Source of the DNA: Thermoleophilia bacterium
GTDB taxonomy: Bacteria > Actinomycetota > Thermoleophilia > RBG-16-64-13
Direction of reading: 5' to 3'
DNA length: 64,000 bases
Assembly (NCBI GenBank): GCA_026415615.1
Contig: JAOAGT010000002.1
Location: 448,545-512,544, forward strand
Shown here piece after piece: positions 24,901 to 33,944 of the stretch. Made by a program: the position numbers and the translations under genes. The notes beneath the pieces were generated by a model, which was not told where the DNA came from, ran no database searches, and saw only the letters and a program-made list of their open reading frames with translations. Numbering within the stretch: the first letter of the stretch is position 1; each line of letters starts with the position of its first letter.

Positions 24901-26367
24901 ATGGTAAGCAAAGAAAGACTGGCAGAGATAGTAGGGGCTGCGAATGTCAGCAGCGAGCCGGATGTTCTTGAGCAGTACGCCAGGGACGTGAGTTTTGTCA
25001 ATCATACAAGACCGGCGTACGTGGTTAAGCCCCATACCGCCCAGGAGGTCAAGGACCTTGTCAAACTGGCCAACGAGAGCCGTACGCCTCTGGTGCCAGT
25101 GAGCTCGGGCCCACCGCACTTTCGGGGAGATACGGTGCCCACAGCGGGCGGGGCGGTGGTGGTAGACCTGAGTGAGATGAAACGCATCGTGTTTGTGGAT
25201 CGCCCGCGCAGAGTGGCCATGGTTGAGCCAGGCGTGACCTTTGGAGAACTCATTCCGGCTGCCACCAAGGAAGGGATTAGGCTAAACATGCCTCTCTTGC
25301 CTAGAACGACCAAGACAGTCGTGGGCAGCATGTTAGAGAGGGAACCTGTGGTCATGCCCAAGTATCAGTGGGACATCTCCGATCCCTTGGCGTGCGTTGA
25401 GGTAATCTTCGGCACGGGTGACGACTTCCGCACGGGCCAGGCCGCTGGACCCGGCACCATCGAAGAGCAGTGGCAGGTCGGGGGAGTGCAGAAAGCCCCC
25501 TACGGGCCTCACATTACCGCGTGGCATAGGCTCATTCAGGGAGCTCAGGGAACCATCGGAATCGTGACCTGGGCCTCTTTGCGCTGTGAGCTGCTGCCTC
25601 GGTTACAGGAGCCTTACGTCGTAGCAAGTGCGCAGCTGGGACCTTTGGTGGAGATGGCAGCCTGGTTGATTCGGCTAAGGATGGCCAACGAGTGCTTCAT
25701 TTTGTCGAATGCCAACCTGGCTGCGATCTTTGCCGAAGACTGGCCAAACGATTACGTCAAGCTAAAAGCCTCTCTGCCCTCTTGGACATTGTTCTACGTT
25801 CTGGCCGGCTACGAGTACTTCCCCGAAGAGAGGGTGGCGTCATATCAGAAGCAAGTCGTATCTCTTTGTCAGCGCCTAGCTCTGGAGCCGCTGCGGGCGG
25901 TGGGCGGACTTTCTGCGCGCAGCATCATGAAAGCTGTGCAGAACGTGTGCCCCGAACCCTACTGGAAGCTCCGCTACAAAGGCGCCTCAGAGGACGTGTT
26001 CTTCCTTACCACCAACGACAAGGTGGAAGGATTTGTAAGTACGATGCAGGCTCTTGCTGCCGAGGTAGGGTACGCTGCCTCTGACTTAGGAGTCTATGTC
26101 CAGCCAGTGGTGCAAGGTACGGCTTGTCACGTAGAGTTCAACCTCTTCTACGATCCAGGTGACAGCAAAGAAGTCGAGCGGACTAGATGTCTTGCCGGCA
26201 TTGCCACGAAAGCGTTCTTGGATGATGGCGCCTTCTTCTCTCGTCCATACGGCGAGTATGCCCGGGACATCATGAATCGCGATGCTGCGTCGCTAGATGT
26301 GCTTAAGAAGCTGAAGGGGATCTTTGATCCCAACAACATCATGAACCCGGGCAAGCTTTGCTTCTGA
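24901..26367 (+). CDS. FAD-linked oxidase (GlcD/D-lactate dehydrogenase-like, PCMH-type FAD-binding domain)
   Basis: N-terminal FAD-binding-4 pattern (VVKPHTAQEVKDLVKLANESRTPLVPVSSG). C-terminal FAD-oxidase domain. AAAGGAGG ribosome-binding site. Confidence 0.85.
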   Translation: MVSKERLAEIVGAANVSSEPDVLEQYARDVSFVNHTRPAYVVKPHTAQEVKDLVKLANESRTPLVPVSSGPPHFRGDTVPTAGGAVVVDLSEMKRIVFVDRPRRVAMVEPGVTFGELIPAATKEGIRLNMPLLPRTTKTVVGSMLEREPVVMPKYQWDISDPLACVEVIFGTGDDFRTGQAAGPGTIEEQWQVGGVQKAPYGPHITAWHRLIQGAQGTIGIVTWASLRCELLPRLQEPYVVASAQLGPLVEMAAWLIRLRMANECFILSNANLAAIFAEDWPNDYVKLKASLPSWTLFYVLAGYEYFPEERVASYQKQVVSLCQRLALEPLRAVGGLSARSIMKAVQNVCPEPYWKLRYKGASEDVFFLTTNDKVEGFVSTMQALAAEVGYAASDLGVYVQPVVQGTACHVEFNLFYDPGDSKEVERTRCLAGIATKAFLDDGAFFSRPYGEYARDIMNRDAASLDVLKKLKGIFDPNNIMNPGKLCF

Positions 26368-26429
26368 GCTTTGCTTCTGAGGCGAGGCCTGTTGGTGAGA
26401 CATTGGTCGTAGCAGAAGGAAGGAGCGAG

Positions 26430-27704
26430 ATGGCATTAGAAGATTACGCCGGTGACATGAACATGTGTTGCCGCTGCTCGGCATGCAAGTTCATACCACT
26501 GCAGATGATCAAAGGGTATAAGCATGCCTATGTGTGCCCCAGCATCTCCCGGTACAACTTCCACTTCTTCTCTGGCGGCGGCAGACTGAACCTGGGGGTG
26601 GCGGGGCTGGAGCAGGGGTTCAAATACACGCCCTGGTACCTCTCCAGTGTCTATAACTGTCAGCAATGCGGCGCCTGCGACGTGTCCTGCAAGTACGGCA
26701 TGGACATGGAGGTCCTGCTTCCCATCCAGGAGCTTCGCATCAAGGCAGTGGAAGACGGGCATGCGCATCCGGCTCTGGCGCGCGTGGTGGAGCGGATGAA
26801 CAAGACCGGGAGCATGGTCCCCATGGAAGGGGCAAGCCGTGGGGACTGGGCTGCGGACTTGGGCCTCAAAGACGCCACCCAAGAGAAGGTGGAGGTTCTC
26901 TACCACGTAGGGTGCCTGACCAGCTTTGATAAGGATATGCAGGCGGTGGCTCGGGCGACGGCCAAGGTACTTGGCGCGGCCGGGATTGACTTTGGCATCC
27001 TGGGCGATGCCGAGACCTGCTGTGGGGGGCGCGCCTACGAGATGGGCCACAAGAATGACTTCATGACTCAGGCCAAGAAGAGCATGGAGGTCATCCGGTC
27101 CACTGGGGCAAAATTCCTGGTCACGAGCTGCGCCGAGTGCTACCAGGCCTACAAGGTTCTCTACGATCGTTTTGGCCTACGGAATGATTCGGAGCTTAAG
27201 GTTCTCCATACCTCTCAGCTTCTAGACGAGGTGATAAGCCAGGGCAACCTCAAGCTAAGTGGCCGGGTCGATCTGTGTGTTACTTATCACGATCCTTGCC
27301 ATCTGGGCAGACTAGGAGAGCCCTGGATCCACTGGCAGGGTAAAAAAGTGCCGGGCGACCGCTTCATCTTTGACCCGCCGAAGCCTTACCGCCGCGGCAC
27401 TAACGGGGTATACGAGCCGCCGCGCCGGGTGCTAAAAAGCGTACCCGGGGTGATTCTCGAGGAGATGGACCGCATAAAGGAATACGCGTGGTGCGCTGGT
27501 TCGTGCGGTGGTGTTACCGACTCCAATCCGGAGTTTGCCGAATGGACCGCCGAGCAGCGTCTCGAAGAGGCGCTCTGCACAGGCGCGGAGGCGATTGTCT
27601 CGGCTACCCCGTGGGGCGAGAAGCTCCTGCGCGATGTCGCAAAGAAGAACGACGTGCAGCTCGAGGTTTATGACCTTGTTGAACTGGTCGCCCAGGCTAT
27701 CTAG
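26430..27704 (+). CDS. Fe-S oxidoreductase, GlcF/heterodisulfide-reductase-D-like (two 4Fe-4S motifs plus two CCG domains)
   Basis: CCRCSACKF and CQQCGACDVSCKYG, then HVGCLTSFD...CCGG and YHDPCHLGR cysteine-rich CCG domains. Start set at MALEDY (GAAGGAAGGAG ribosome-binding site). The ORF extends to 26358. Confidence 0.8.
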   Translation: MALEDYAGDMNMCCRCSACKFIPLQMIKGYKHAYVCPSISRYNFHFFSGGGRLNLGVAGLEQGFKYTPWYLSSVYNCQQCGACDVSCKYGMDMEVLLPIQELRIKAVEDGHAHPALARVVERMNKTGSMVPMEGASRGDWAADLGLKDATQEKVEVLYHVGCLTSFDKDMQAVARATAKVLGAAGIDFGILGDAETCCGGRAYEMGHKNDFMTQAKKSMEVIRSTGAKFLVTSCAECYQAYKVLYDRFGLRNDSELKVLHTSQLLDEVISQGNLKLSGRVDLCVTYHDPCHLGRLGEPWIHWQGKKVPGDRFIFDPPKPYRRGTNGVYEPPRRVLKSVPGVILEEMDRIKEYAWCAGSCGGVTDSNPEFAEWTAEQRLEEALCTGAEAIVSATPWGEKLLRDVAKKNDVQLEVYDLVELVAQAI

Positions 27705-27721
27705 GAAGGAGGTCGAAAGCC

Positions 27722-29212
27722 TTGGCACTTACTAAGGAAATGTATGAGGCGTTCGCAGGGGTAGTGGGGGAAGAGAATCTCTGCGACGATCCCGCCATGA
27801 TGGCTGCTTATTTCCGCACGGATTTTGCGGCGGTGGTGATGCCCAAGGACACTGCCGAAGTCCAAGCGGTCGTCAGATTGTGCAATAAGTTCAAGCTAAA
27901 GTTTAGGCCCATATGTACAGGCTGGACGGGAGTCTTCCAGCCGGGCAGCGTTCTGCTTGATCTGCGGCGGATGAACCGCATCATCGAGATCAACGAAAAG
28001 AACATGTATGCGGTAGTGGAGCCGTACGTGACTTCTGCCCAGCTGCAGGCTGAGCTGTTTAAGCGAGGGCTGAACACCAACATGAAGGGGGCAGGAGCCC
28101 AGTGTTCGGCCATGCTTCGGGGCCACGGACATCTCGATCAGTCGTGTGGCGCTGACGATCGCAATCACCTAGCTGTGGAGTGGGTGACTCCCGAGGGCGA
28201 GCTGGTCAAGATGGGATCCTGGGGCGCCATCGGTGAGTGGTTCTGTGGCGATGGGCCAGGCCCCTCTTTGCGCTCCCTTGTGTCCAGTGTGGTTCCGCCG
28301 AGCACCACTCCGGGCGTCTTCACCAAGGTGGCGATGAAGCTTTATCACTGGCCGGGGCCTGATAAGTACGCGCTGGAGGGCTACTCTCCCAAATATACGT
28401 TGCGGGAGTTTCCGCCCAACATGATGGCTCGGTACTACAGCTTCCCCACGCTTGAGAAGATGTGGCAGGCGGAGATTGCCATCGGCGAGGCGGAGATCGC
28501 TCTTGAGCTCATGGGCTTCAACGCGGCCATGGTGGCGGCGAATATCACCACCTGCAACGAAGAAGAAATGGCCATGTTTGAACGCCTCTCTAAGGAGGTG
28601 CAGGGGCCGGGCTTCTTTGTGATCATAGCTGGCGATTCTCCAGAAGACTTTGCCTACAAGAAAAAGGTCCTTGAGACTATCGTCAAGGAAAATGACGGGC
28701 AGTCGCTTAAGACAGTCGAAGATCCGGAGCTTGAGGGTATCCTGCTTACGCAGTGCACAAGAATCAGTGCATCAGTTCGGGAGACGTTCCGACCGGGTGG
28801 GTACTTCAAGTCGATTCCCATCATGGGTCAACGTGACCTTACTATTCGTTGGGCTGTAGGTGCTGGCAAGGCCAAGCTCCCGCTTATTGAGCAGGGTCTT
28901 ATTGCCGATGACGGTGGCGGATTCTTCGGCTGGGGAGTGGAGCACGGTCATCTCGGCAAGACGGAGATCTTCTGCAAGTTCAGTCCGCTTAATCCCGAGG
29001 CCTGGAAAGCGGTTAACAAGTGGCACCAGGAGCAGGTCCAGCGGGCGCTTGACGAAAAGTACTTTGCTCTCACCATGGGGCCGCAGGAAGAGATCGACAA
29101 GAAGGTTGGGCCCGCTCTCTCGAACTATCACTTGTGGTGGTACAAGGTGCTCGACGCCTTAGACCCCAACGGAGTGGTGCCTGACAAGGGCCTGAGCAAT
29201 CTTACGCCGTAG
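27722..29212 (+). CDS. FAD-binding oxidoreductase (GlcE/GlcD-like second flavoprotein subunit)
   Basis: PCMH-type FAD domain (VVMPKDTAEVQAVVRLCNKFKLKFRPICTGWTG). 496 aa. GGAAGGAGG ribosome-binding site. TTG or downstream ATG start. Confidence 0.8.
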   Translation: MALTKEMYEAFAGVVGEENLCDDPAMMAAYFRTDFAAVVMPKDTAEVQAVVRLCNKFKLKFRPICTGWTGVFQPGSVLLDLRRMNRIIEINEKNMYAVVEPYVTSAQLQAELFKRGLNTNMKGAGAQCSAMLRGHGHLDQSCGADDRNHLAVEWVTPEGELVKMGSWGAIGEWFCGDGPGPSLRSLVSSVVPPSTTPGVFTKVAMKLYHWPGPDKYALEGYSPKYTLREFPPNMMARYYSFPTLEKMWQAEIAIGEAEIALELMGFNAAMVAANITTCNEEEMAMFERLSKEVQGPGFFVIIAGDSPEDFAYKKKVLETIVKENDGQSLKTVEDPELEGILLTQCTRISASVRETFRPGGYFKSIPIMGQRDLTIRWAVGAGKAKLPLIEQGLIADDGGGFFGWGVEHGHLGKTEIFCKFSPLNPEAWKAVNKWHQEQVQRALDEKYFALTMGPQEEIDKKVGPALSNYHLWWYKVLDALDPNGVVPDKGLSNLTP

Positions 29213-29217
29213 GGGGT

Positions 29218-29258
29218 GGGCGGGCGCAGGCCCTGCAGGGCCTGCGCCCGCCCCCTTT
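29218..29258 (+). terminator. GC-rich palindromic terminator
   Basis: GGGCGGGCGCAGGCCCTGC/GCAGGGCCTGCGCCCGCCC perfect inverted repeat followed by CTTT. Confidence 0.5.
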
Positions 29259-29359
29259 CAGTACCCGTCCAATACGTGGGCCGGGAGTGTAGACTTTCTA
29301 GCCTGCTTCGCGCAGCGCTTCTCTCTTGTTTGTTTCGATAACGGCAAGGAGGTTGCGGT

Positions 29360-30883
29360 TTGACAGCCCTACCCGAGAGAACAGCAAGCTGGTGCCAAGC
29401 GTTGTTCTTTGCTGGATCCACGACCTACATGTGGAATCAGGCGCCGGAGCTTAAAGCGCTTTTCTTGACGGCCTGCTCCTTCGAGGAAGGTATGGACGTA
29501 CTCCTTATAGGCAAGTTCTTGGAGGAAAGCGGTCTTGTTTCGGCCGTTGAGTCGATCCTACGGAGCTGGGGCAATCTGCGGGTAGTGGACTTGGCTCCCC
29601 AGGTTGTGGCTGCATGGCGGGCGGCGGGTGTGGCAGATGAGCAGCCTTCTTTCAAATGGGATCTTGATTGTTTTGATGAGCTCAGAGATGGGAGTCTCGA
29701 CCGTGTCGTGTTGTTTAACGCGGCCTCCCACGTTGCGGACTGGGAACATCTGTCTGCTCAAATCGGCCGGGTTCTTTGTCGAGGAGGCCGGGTTGTAGTC
29801 GCAGAGGCTCCACTGGGCGGGGCTGCTTTTAAACGCGCCCTTGCCTTTCACGCAGGATGGCGAGCAACGGTCGAAGGATTGCTTAGCGGCTTGGATCTAG
29901 AAGAAAGGGCAGTTGCTCCGCCAGAACCGGAGGATCTCAGGGCTCTGCTTGCCCAGCATATGACTTGGGCTCGTGTGCATGAGTGGCAGGGAATCTTTAT
30001 TTGCTACGGACAAAAAGGTCTCACAGAAAGGGAGGAGCTGGAAGCGTCCACAGCTGCCGAGATGGCCGGTCTGGGGGAGAATGATCTGGTCTACGTACCC
30101 GGTCCGGACACGTTTACAGCTTTTCCGCCGGCCAACATCTGGGTGCGCAGTTTCTTGAAGGTGCGTCCAGTGCGCACCACGTGGAGCCTTATGAGCGAGC
30201 TTGAGAAGGAAATTTGGGCAGACACCGCTGTAGAACTAGTGACACACTCAGGTGGCGATCTGTCAACAAATAAGGTGCTGGGGCTTAGCTTGATCGTCGA
30301 GTCGCCACAATCTGAGTTGGCGTCGCAGACACTGGTTTTGACGAAGCCTGCTGCAATAGGAGATGCGCTAGGAGGCTTTTCTCATCACTGGGCTTCTGGG
30401 CTTGTCGGCGCGTTTCTGGAATGCTTCCTGGGTCCAGATGATGGCCACCTTGCAAAGGTTGGAGAAACGCATGGTCCTTCTGAGCTGGGAAGTCTTGTTG
30501 CCAGACACTCGGCAGACGAGCTTGATCTTCTTTTTGTTGACGCCAGACTGGGTGACAGACACTACTGGAAGGAAACAATATCCCTCCTGTTGCCGGTTCT
30601 AAAACCCGGGGGCCGGCTTGTGTTATTTGCGGAAGATGGCGATGCTATCCAGCTGCTGTCGTTTCACAGCGCCTTCGCGCGCCTGCTTCTGGCAAGACTA
30701 GTGACTCCAGCAGACCCACTCGCTGCAGACTCCGCGGACGCGCTCTGTAACCGACTGACGGGCGGCATAAATATGGACCCCGAGTTGCTGCGCCAAGTGC
30801 TTGCAGGGTTCTTTGATGAGATCTCTGTGGCAGGACACGGCGGCTTCGTATTTGTGTCTGGCCGAAAACCTATGCGTCTTTAG
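29360..30883 (+). CDS. hypothetical protein with two tandem degenerate class-I methyltransferase-like domains; paralog B
   Basis: 507 aa, TTG start with AAGGAGG ribosome-binding site. Aligns with 7864..9591 along its length: WCQALFFAGSTTYMWNQAPELKALFLTACSFEEGMDVLLIGKFLEESGL vs WCQAIFYAGTTLCMWNALPEVKAAFLSLCSFEPGMKVFLVGKYLWESGL; GSLDRVVLFNAASHVADWEHLSAQIGRVLCRGGRVVVAEAPLGG vs GSLDRVVFFNGGAHVANWEHVASEISRVLGEHGRLVMAEAPLGG. Confidence 0.7.
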   Translation: MTALPERTASWCQALFFAGSTTYMWNQAPELKALFLTACSFEEGMDVLLIGKFLEESGLVSAVESILRSWGNLRVVDLAPQVVAAWRAAGVADEQPSFKWDLDCFDELRDGSLDRVVLFNAASHVADWEHLSAQIGRVLCRGGRVVVAEAPLGGAAFKRALAFHAGWRATVEGLLSGLDLEERAVAPPEPEDLRALLAQHMTWARVHEWQGIFICYGQKGLTEREELEASTAAEMAGLGENDLVYVPGPDTFTAFPPANIWVRSFLKVRPVRTTWSLMSELEKEIWADTAVELVTHSGGDLSTNKVLGLSLIVESPQSELASQTLVLTKPAAIGDALGGFSHHWASGLVGAFLECFLGPDDGHLAKVGETHGPSELGSLVARHSADELDLLFVDARLGDRHYWKETISLLLPVLKPGGRLVLFAEDGDAIQLLSFHSAFARLLLARLVTPADPLAADSADALCNRLTGGINMDPELLRQVLAGFFDEISVAGHGGFVFVSGRKPMRL

Positions 30884-30888
30884 ACAAC

Positions 30889-31200
30889 CTATGCGTCTTT
30901 GGGCTCGCTGGGGCTGTTCTGTGGGCTGTCAGAGAAGAGACTCTCAAACCGACGCGCGGCTTTTTCTTTTTCTGCCTCCTGAGCAGCTCTTACTTTCGAT
31001 GCGGCTTCTTCCAGGGCCACTTTGTGTTGCTCTGCCCGGGCAAGCAGAGTGTCAAGCGAGACCTCCGGCTGCTCCTTCGCCACTTGCTTTAGGATAAAGA
31101 GCACTTCCTCTTGCAGCGTCCGCTGATTGTATGCCGCTCGCATGCGCAAGGCCCGGACTACTTCGTCGGGTACGTTTTTTATGGTCAGGGTGGTAGCCAT
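30889..31200 (-). CDS. ribbon-helix-helix FitA/plasmid-stability-type antitoxin-like protein
   Basis: Start at MATTLTIKNVPDEVVRALRMRAAYNQRTLQEEVLFIL (RHH beta-strand plus helices), then a charged C-terminal tail. No PIN/VapC partner adjacent. Confidence 0.5.
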   Translation of the reverse strand: MATTLTIKNVPDEVVRALRMRAAYNQRTLQEEVLFILKQVAKEQPEVSLDTLLARAEQHKVALEEAASKVRAAQEAEKEKAARRFESLFSDSPQNSPSEPKDA

Positions 31201-31219
31201 TACATTGACGCTCCTGCGT

Positions 31220-31768
31220 TCAAAGCCTAAGTACCAACAAGCGGGCTCGCTCTTCAATTCGCCTTAGCTCCGCTTCATCAGGAAGACCTTTGATGTTGCC
31301 CATTCTTCCTCTTGTGCTCAGTTCCTCAGACCCATGGAACTCAGAAAGCACATACCATTCATCTAGCACAGCGAACCCTAGGTGCTCAAAAAACTGCGCA
31401 GCGTACATGCCAGCTGGGATGGCCTCTCTGAGCCCCGTGTGTGGTCCCGAGAAAGTGCAGAAAATTAAGGCATTTCTGTTAGGCAGGCGCGGTGCTCCTG
31501 GCAAGACCCTGCCTTGATGGCGATACTGTTCAAACTTGCTCTTTAGATAATCATCCATGGCCCGGGGCGGATGCCAGTTGTAAGACGGAAACCCCAGGCA
31601 GACAAGATCAAAATCAAAGAAGTCAAGATCTCCAGCCTCTTCTACTGGACGCAAGGTAGTGGCCATTCCTCCGGCGCGGAGTCCTGCTTCGATGGCCCGA
31701 GCTACCTTGGCTGTATTTCCTGTGCGTGACCAATAAAGCACCAGGGCAGTTCTTGGCGCGTTGGTCAT
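31220..31768 (-). CDS. flavodoxin-like fold protein (NAD(P)H-dependent FMN reductase/flavodoxin family)
   Basis: TALVLYWSRTGNTAKVARAIEAGL flavodoxin-type phosphate-binding loop. Confidence 0.7.
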   Translation of the reverse strand: MTNAPRTALVLYWSRTGNTAKVARAIEAGLRAGGMATTLRPVEEAGDLDFFDFDLVCLGFPSYNWHPPRAMDDYLKSKFEQYRHQGRVLPGAPRLPNRNALIFCTFSGPHTGLREAIPAGMYAAQFFEHLGFAVLDEWYVLSEFHGSEELSTRGRMGNIKGLPDEAELRRIEERARLLVLRL

Positions 31769-31852
31769 TCCTCTACCTCTTATCTTGTGCTCGCGGTTGT
31801 TCCTGCCGTAATTTTGCTACCGACTAACAGAAGCCTACCATGACAACAGGCG

Positions 31853-32236
31853 GTGGCAAGAGGTTCCCAAAGGAGGCTGCACGTGATTGTCAAGCGAGCA
31901 AGCGACGTGGAGCAAGTAGAGGTAGCCGGGTGTCCTGGGGTAACAAAACAAATTGTCCTGGGCCCAGCCGATGGTTCAGAGGAGATAGTGCTCCGTTACT
32001 TTAAGGTAGAAAAAGGCAGCGCTACGCCCCGGCATGCTCATGATTTTCCTCACCTCGTGAAGATTGAAGCTGGCCAGGGAGTAGCGGTATGTGCTGATGG
32101 GACCGAGAAGCCTCTGGGCGCCGGCGACTACGTGTTTGTTCCAGCCAATGAGCTGCACAGCTTCAGGAACACAGGGGAAAAGACCTTTGAGTTCGTGTGT
32201 ATAGTGCCGGGGCGCGGCGAGCCGCCCGGAGCCTAG
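31853..32236 (+). CDS. cupin_2 domain protein
   Basis: PRHAHDFPHLVKIEAGQG...GDYVFVPANELHSFRNTG two-motif cupin signature. Confidence 0.7.
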   Translation: MARGSQRRLHVIVKRASDVEQVEVAGCPGVTKQIVLGPADGSEEIVLRYFKVEKGSATPRHAHDFPHLVKIEAGQGVAVCADGTEKPLGAGDYVFVPANELHSFRNTGEKTFEFVCIVPGRGEPPGA

Positions 32237-32272
32237 GCCGGGCGGCTCGCCGCCTAAATCCTGTCTAGCCTT

Positions 32273-33049
32273 TTACCGCACTATCCGGTAGACGACTGTC
32301 ACCGAAGCTGTTACCTGGATGTTCTGCGGAATGATCGGCGGCGGTGTTACCGAACCTGTCTCTTGGGCGCCAGCATAAGCTCTTGCATCCATTCCCGGGA
32401 ACCAGTTGTAGCTCTGGTTCTCACTGATGCTGACAACTTCTCCCAGACGAAGACCCTGGTCTTGTGCGATAGCTTCGGCTTTGAGCTGAGCGTTGGCAAG
32501 CGCCTTTGAAAGGGCCTTGGCGACTGCCGAACTGTCCTCTCTTAGTTGCCAAGCGGGACCGTTTATGTTGTCCGCTCCTGCGTCGCTAGCTGCAGCGAAA
32601 ACCTGTCCTATCTGGGCGAAATCCGTGATCCTGACACTTACCGTGTTCTGTGCCCGGTAGCCGGTGGTTTTCTCCTGGCCCGTTGCAGAGTCATAGTAAC
32701 GGTTGGGGTAGACTGTAACTCCTGCGGTCTCAATCTTGTCCTGCGAGATGCCCTCAGCCTTCAAGCGATCAAGGACCTTCTGTGTTTCCTTTGAGTTCGC
32801 GTCAAGTGCCGCGGCCGCGGTTTTCCCATCCGTTTCGACACCGATTTGGATCGTGGCCTCATCTGGAGCGGTGGTGACCGTGCCAGTGCCGGTGACGACG
32901 ATAGTGTTGGCTCCCTGGGCTTCAGGGCTCTCTGCTTGAGCGGCTGGCTGCTCCTGGCTGCATCCGGCTAATGTTCCTGCCAGGATAATCGTTAGACCCA
33001 CCAGAACTGCTGCAATGAGCCTCCCCGTGCTCCGTTTGGAGTGCGTCAT
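32273..33049 (-). CDS. SIMPL/DUF541 (BP26/OMP28-like) secreted protein
   Basis: Signal peptide plus Cys. NTIVVTGTGTVTTAPDEATIQIGVET...TQKVLDRLKAEGISQDKIETAGVTVYP pattern of the SIMPL domain. Confidence 0.8.
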   Translation of the reverse strand: MTHSKRSTGRLIAAVLVGLTIILAGTLAGCSQEQPAAQAESPEAQGANTIVVTGTGTVTTAPDEATIQIGVETDGKTAAAALDANSKETQKVLDRLKAEGISQDKIETAGVTVYPNRYYDSATGQEKTTGYRAQNTVSVRITDFAQIGQVFAAASDAGADNINGPAWQLREDSSAVAKALSKALANAQLKAEAIAQDQGLRLGEVVSISENQSYNWFPGMDARAYAGAQETGSVTPPPIIPQNIQVTASVTVVYRIVR

Positions 33050-33430
33050 TGTATTCTCCTTTCCACTCTGAGCCGTGGTCTAGCTTCGTTGTGCCCATGA
33101 GTGGGACGCACCCTGGGACGGTTTGGTTCCGTTGCGAAGTCCAAGAGGGTACCGATCGGATCGGAGGCTGCGTACACATCTTGGCGGACCGCACCCCCTT
33201 CTGGCAACTGCTAGAGGTTGGCAGTCGCTTGGCGCGACATGCGTCTCGGGTTAAGCGGGAACGTGGAGGGAAAGACGTGCGGGGACGACTGCAGCTTGAA
33301 GATCACTGCTTGTTCTGTGAACGAGAGATATCTTCCTATGTGGCCAGCTACCTCTATACTTGCAGGCGGTGCTTTGGAAGCGCCTGGAACTAAGCTTCAT
33401 TTGACGGAACCGGGCCAGAAAGGAAAACCC

Positions 33431-33898
33431 ATGTGCGCAGACGACGTTTCGAGGTATCTAGTTGATCACCCTCCCTACGAAGTGACGCCGCCCGCTGTCG
33501 AGGGTCGCACTTCTCCCATGACTCTGATGAGTCGCAACCTTGTCCCCGAAGCCAATGTCTACGTGGAGGGCGGCTGGATCTTCGGTCCCCCAGATCCAAA
33601 TCCCCACATTCTTGAGCACACTCACAACTACGATGAGCTGGTCATACACGTTGGGTCCGACCCAGAGAACCCCGAGGACCTCGGAGCCGAAATAGAGTTC
33701 ATGCTTGACGGCAAGCCTCTTCTCATTAGCCGGACGTCTTGTGTCTTTGTGCCCAAGGGTATGAAGCACGGCCCGCTTACCTGGAAGCGGTTCACGCGCC
33801 CGCATATCGAACTAACGGTCATGTTAGGAGCAGGCACTCTCGCTGAGGCTGATCCCGGAGGCCATCTGGCTGCCTCAGAGCAGAAGGACACTCCCTAA
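33431..33898 (+). CDS. single-domain cupin-like protein, third locus of the HxH...E family
   Basis: EHTHNYDELVIHVGSDPENPEDLGAEIEFMLDGKPL...VPKGMKHGPL aligns motif-for-motif with the 13137 protein. Start set at MCADD with AAAGGAAA ribosome-binding site (the ORF extends to 33218). Confidence 0.55.
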   Translation: MCADDVSRYLVDHPPYEVTPPAVEGRTSPMTLMSRNLVPEANVYVEGGWIFGPPDPNPHILEHTHNYDELVIHVGSDPENPEDLGAEIEFMLDGKPLLISRTSCVFVPKGMKHGPLTWKRFTRPHIELTVMLGAGTLAEADPGGHLAASEQKDTP

Positions 33899-33944
33899 TC
33901 AGCTCCTAGTGAGCTCGCGCCGCGCTTGTCAGGCTCGCTGCGCA

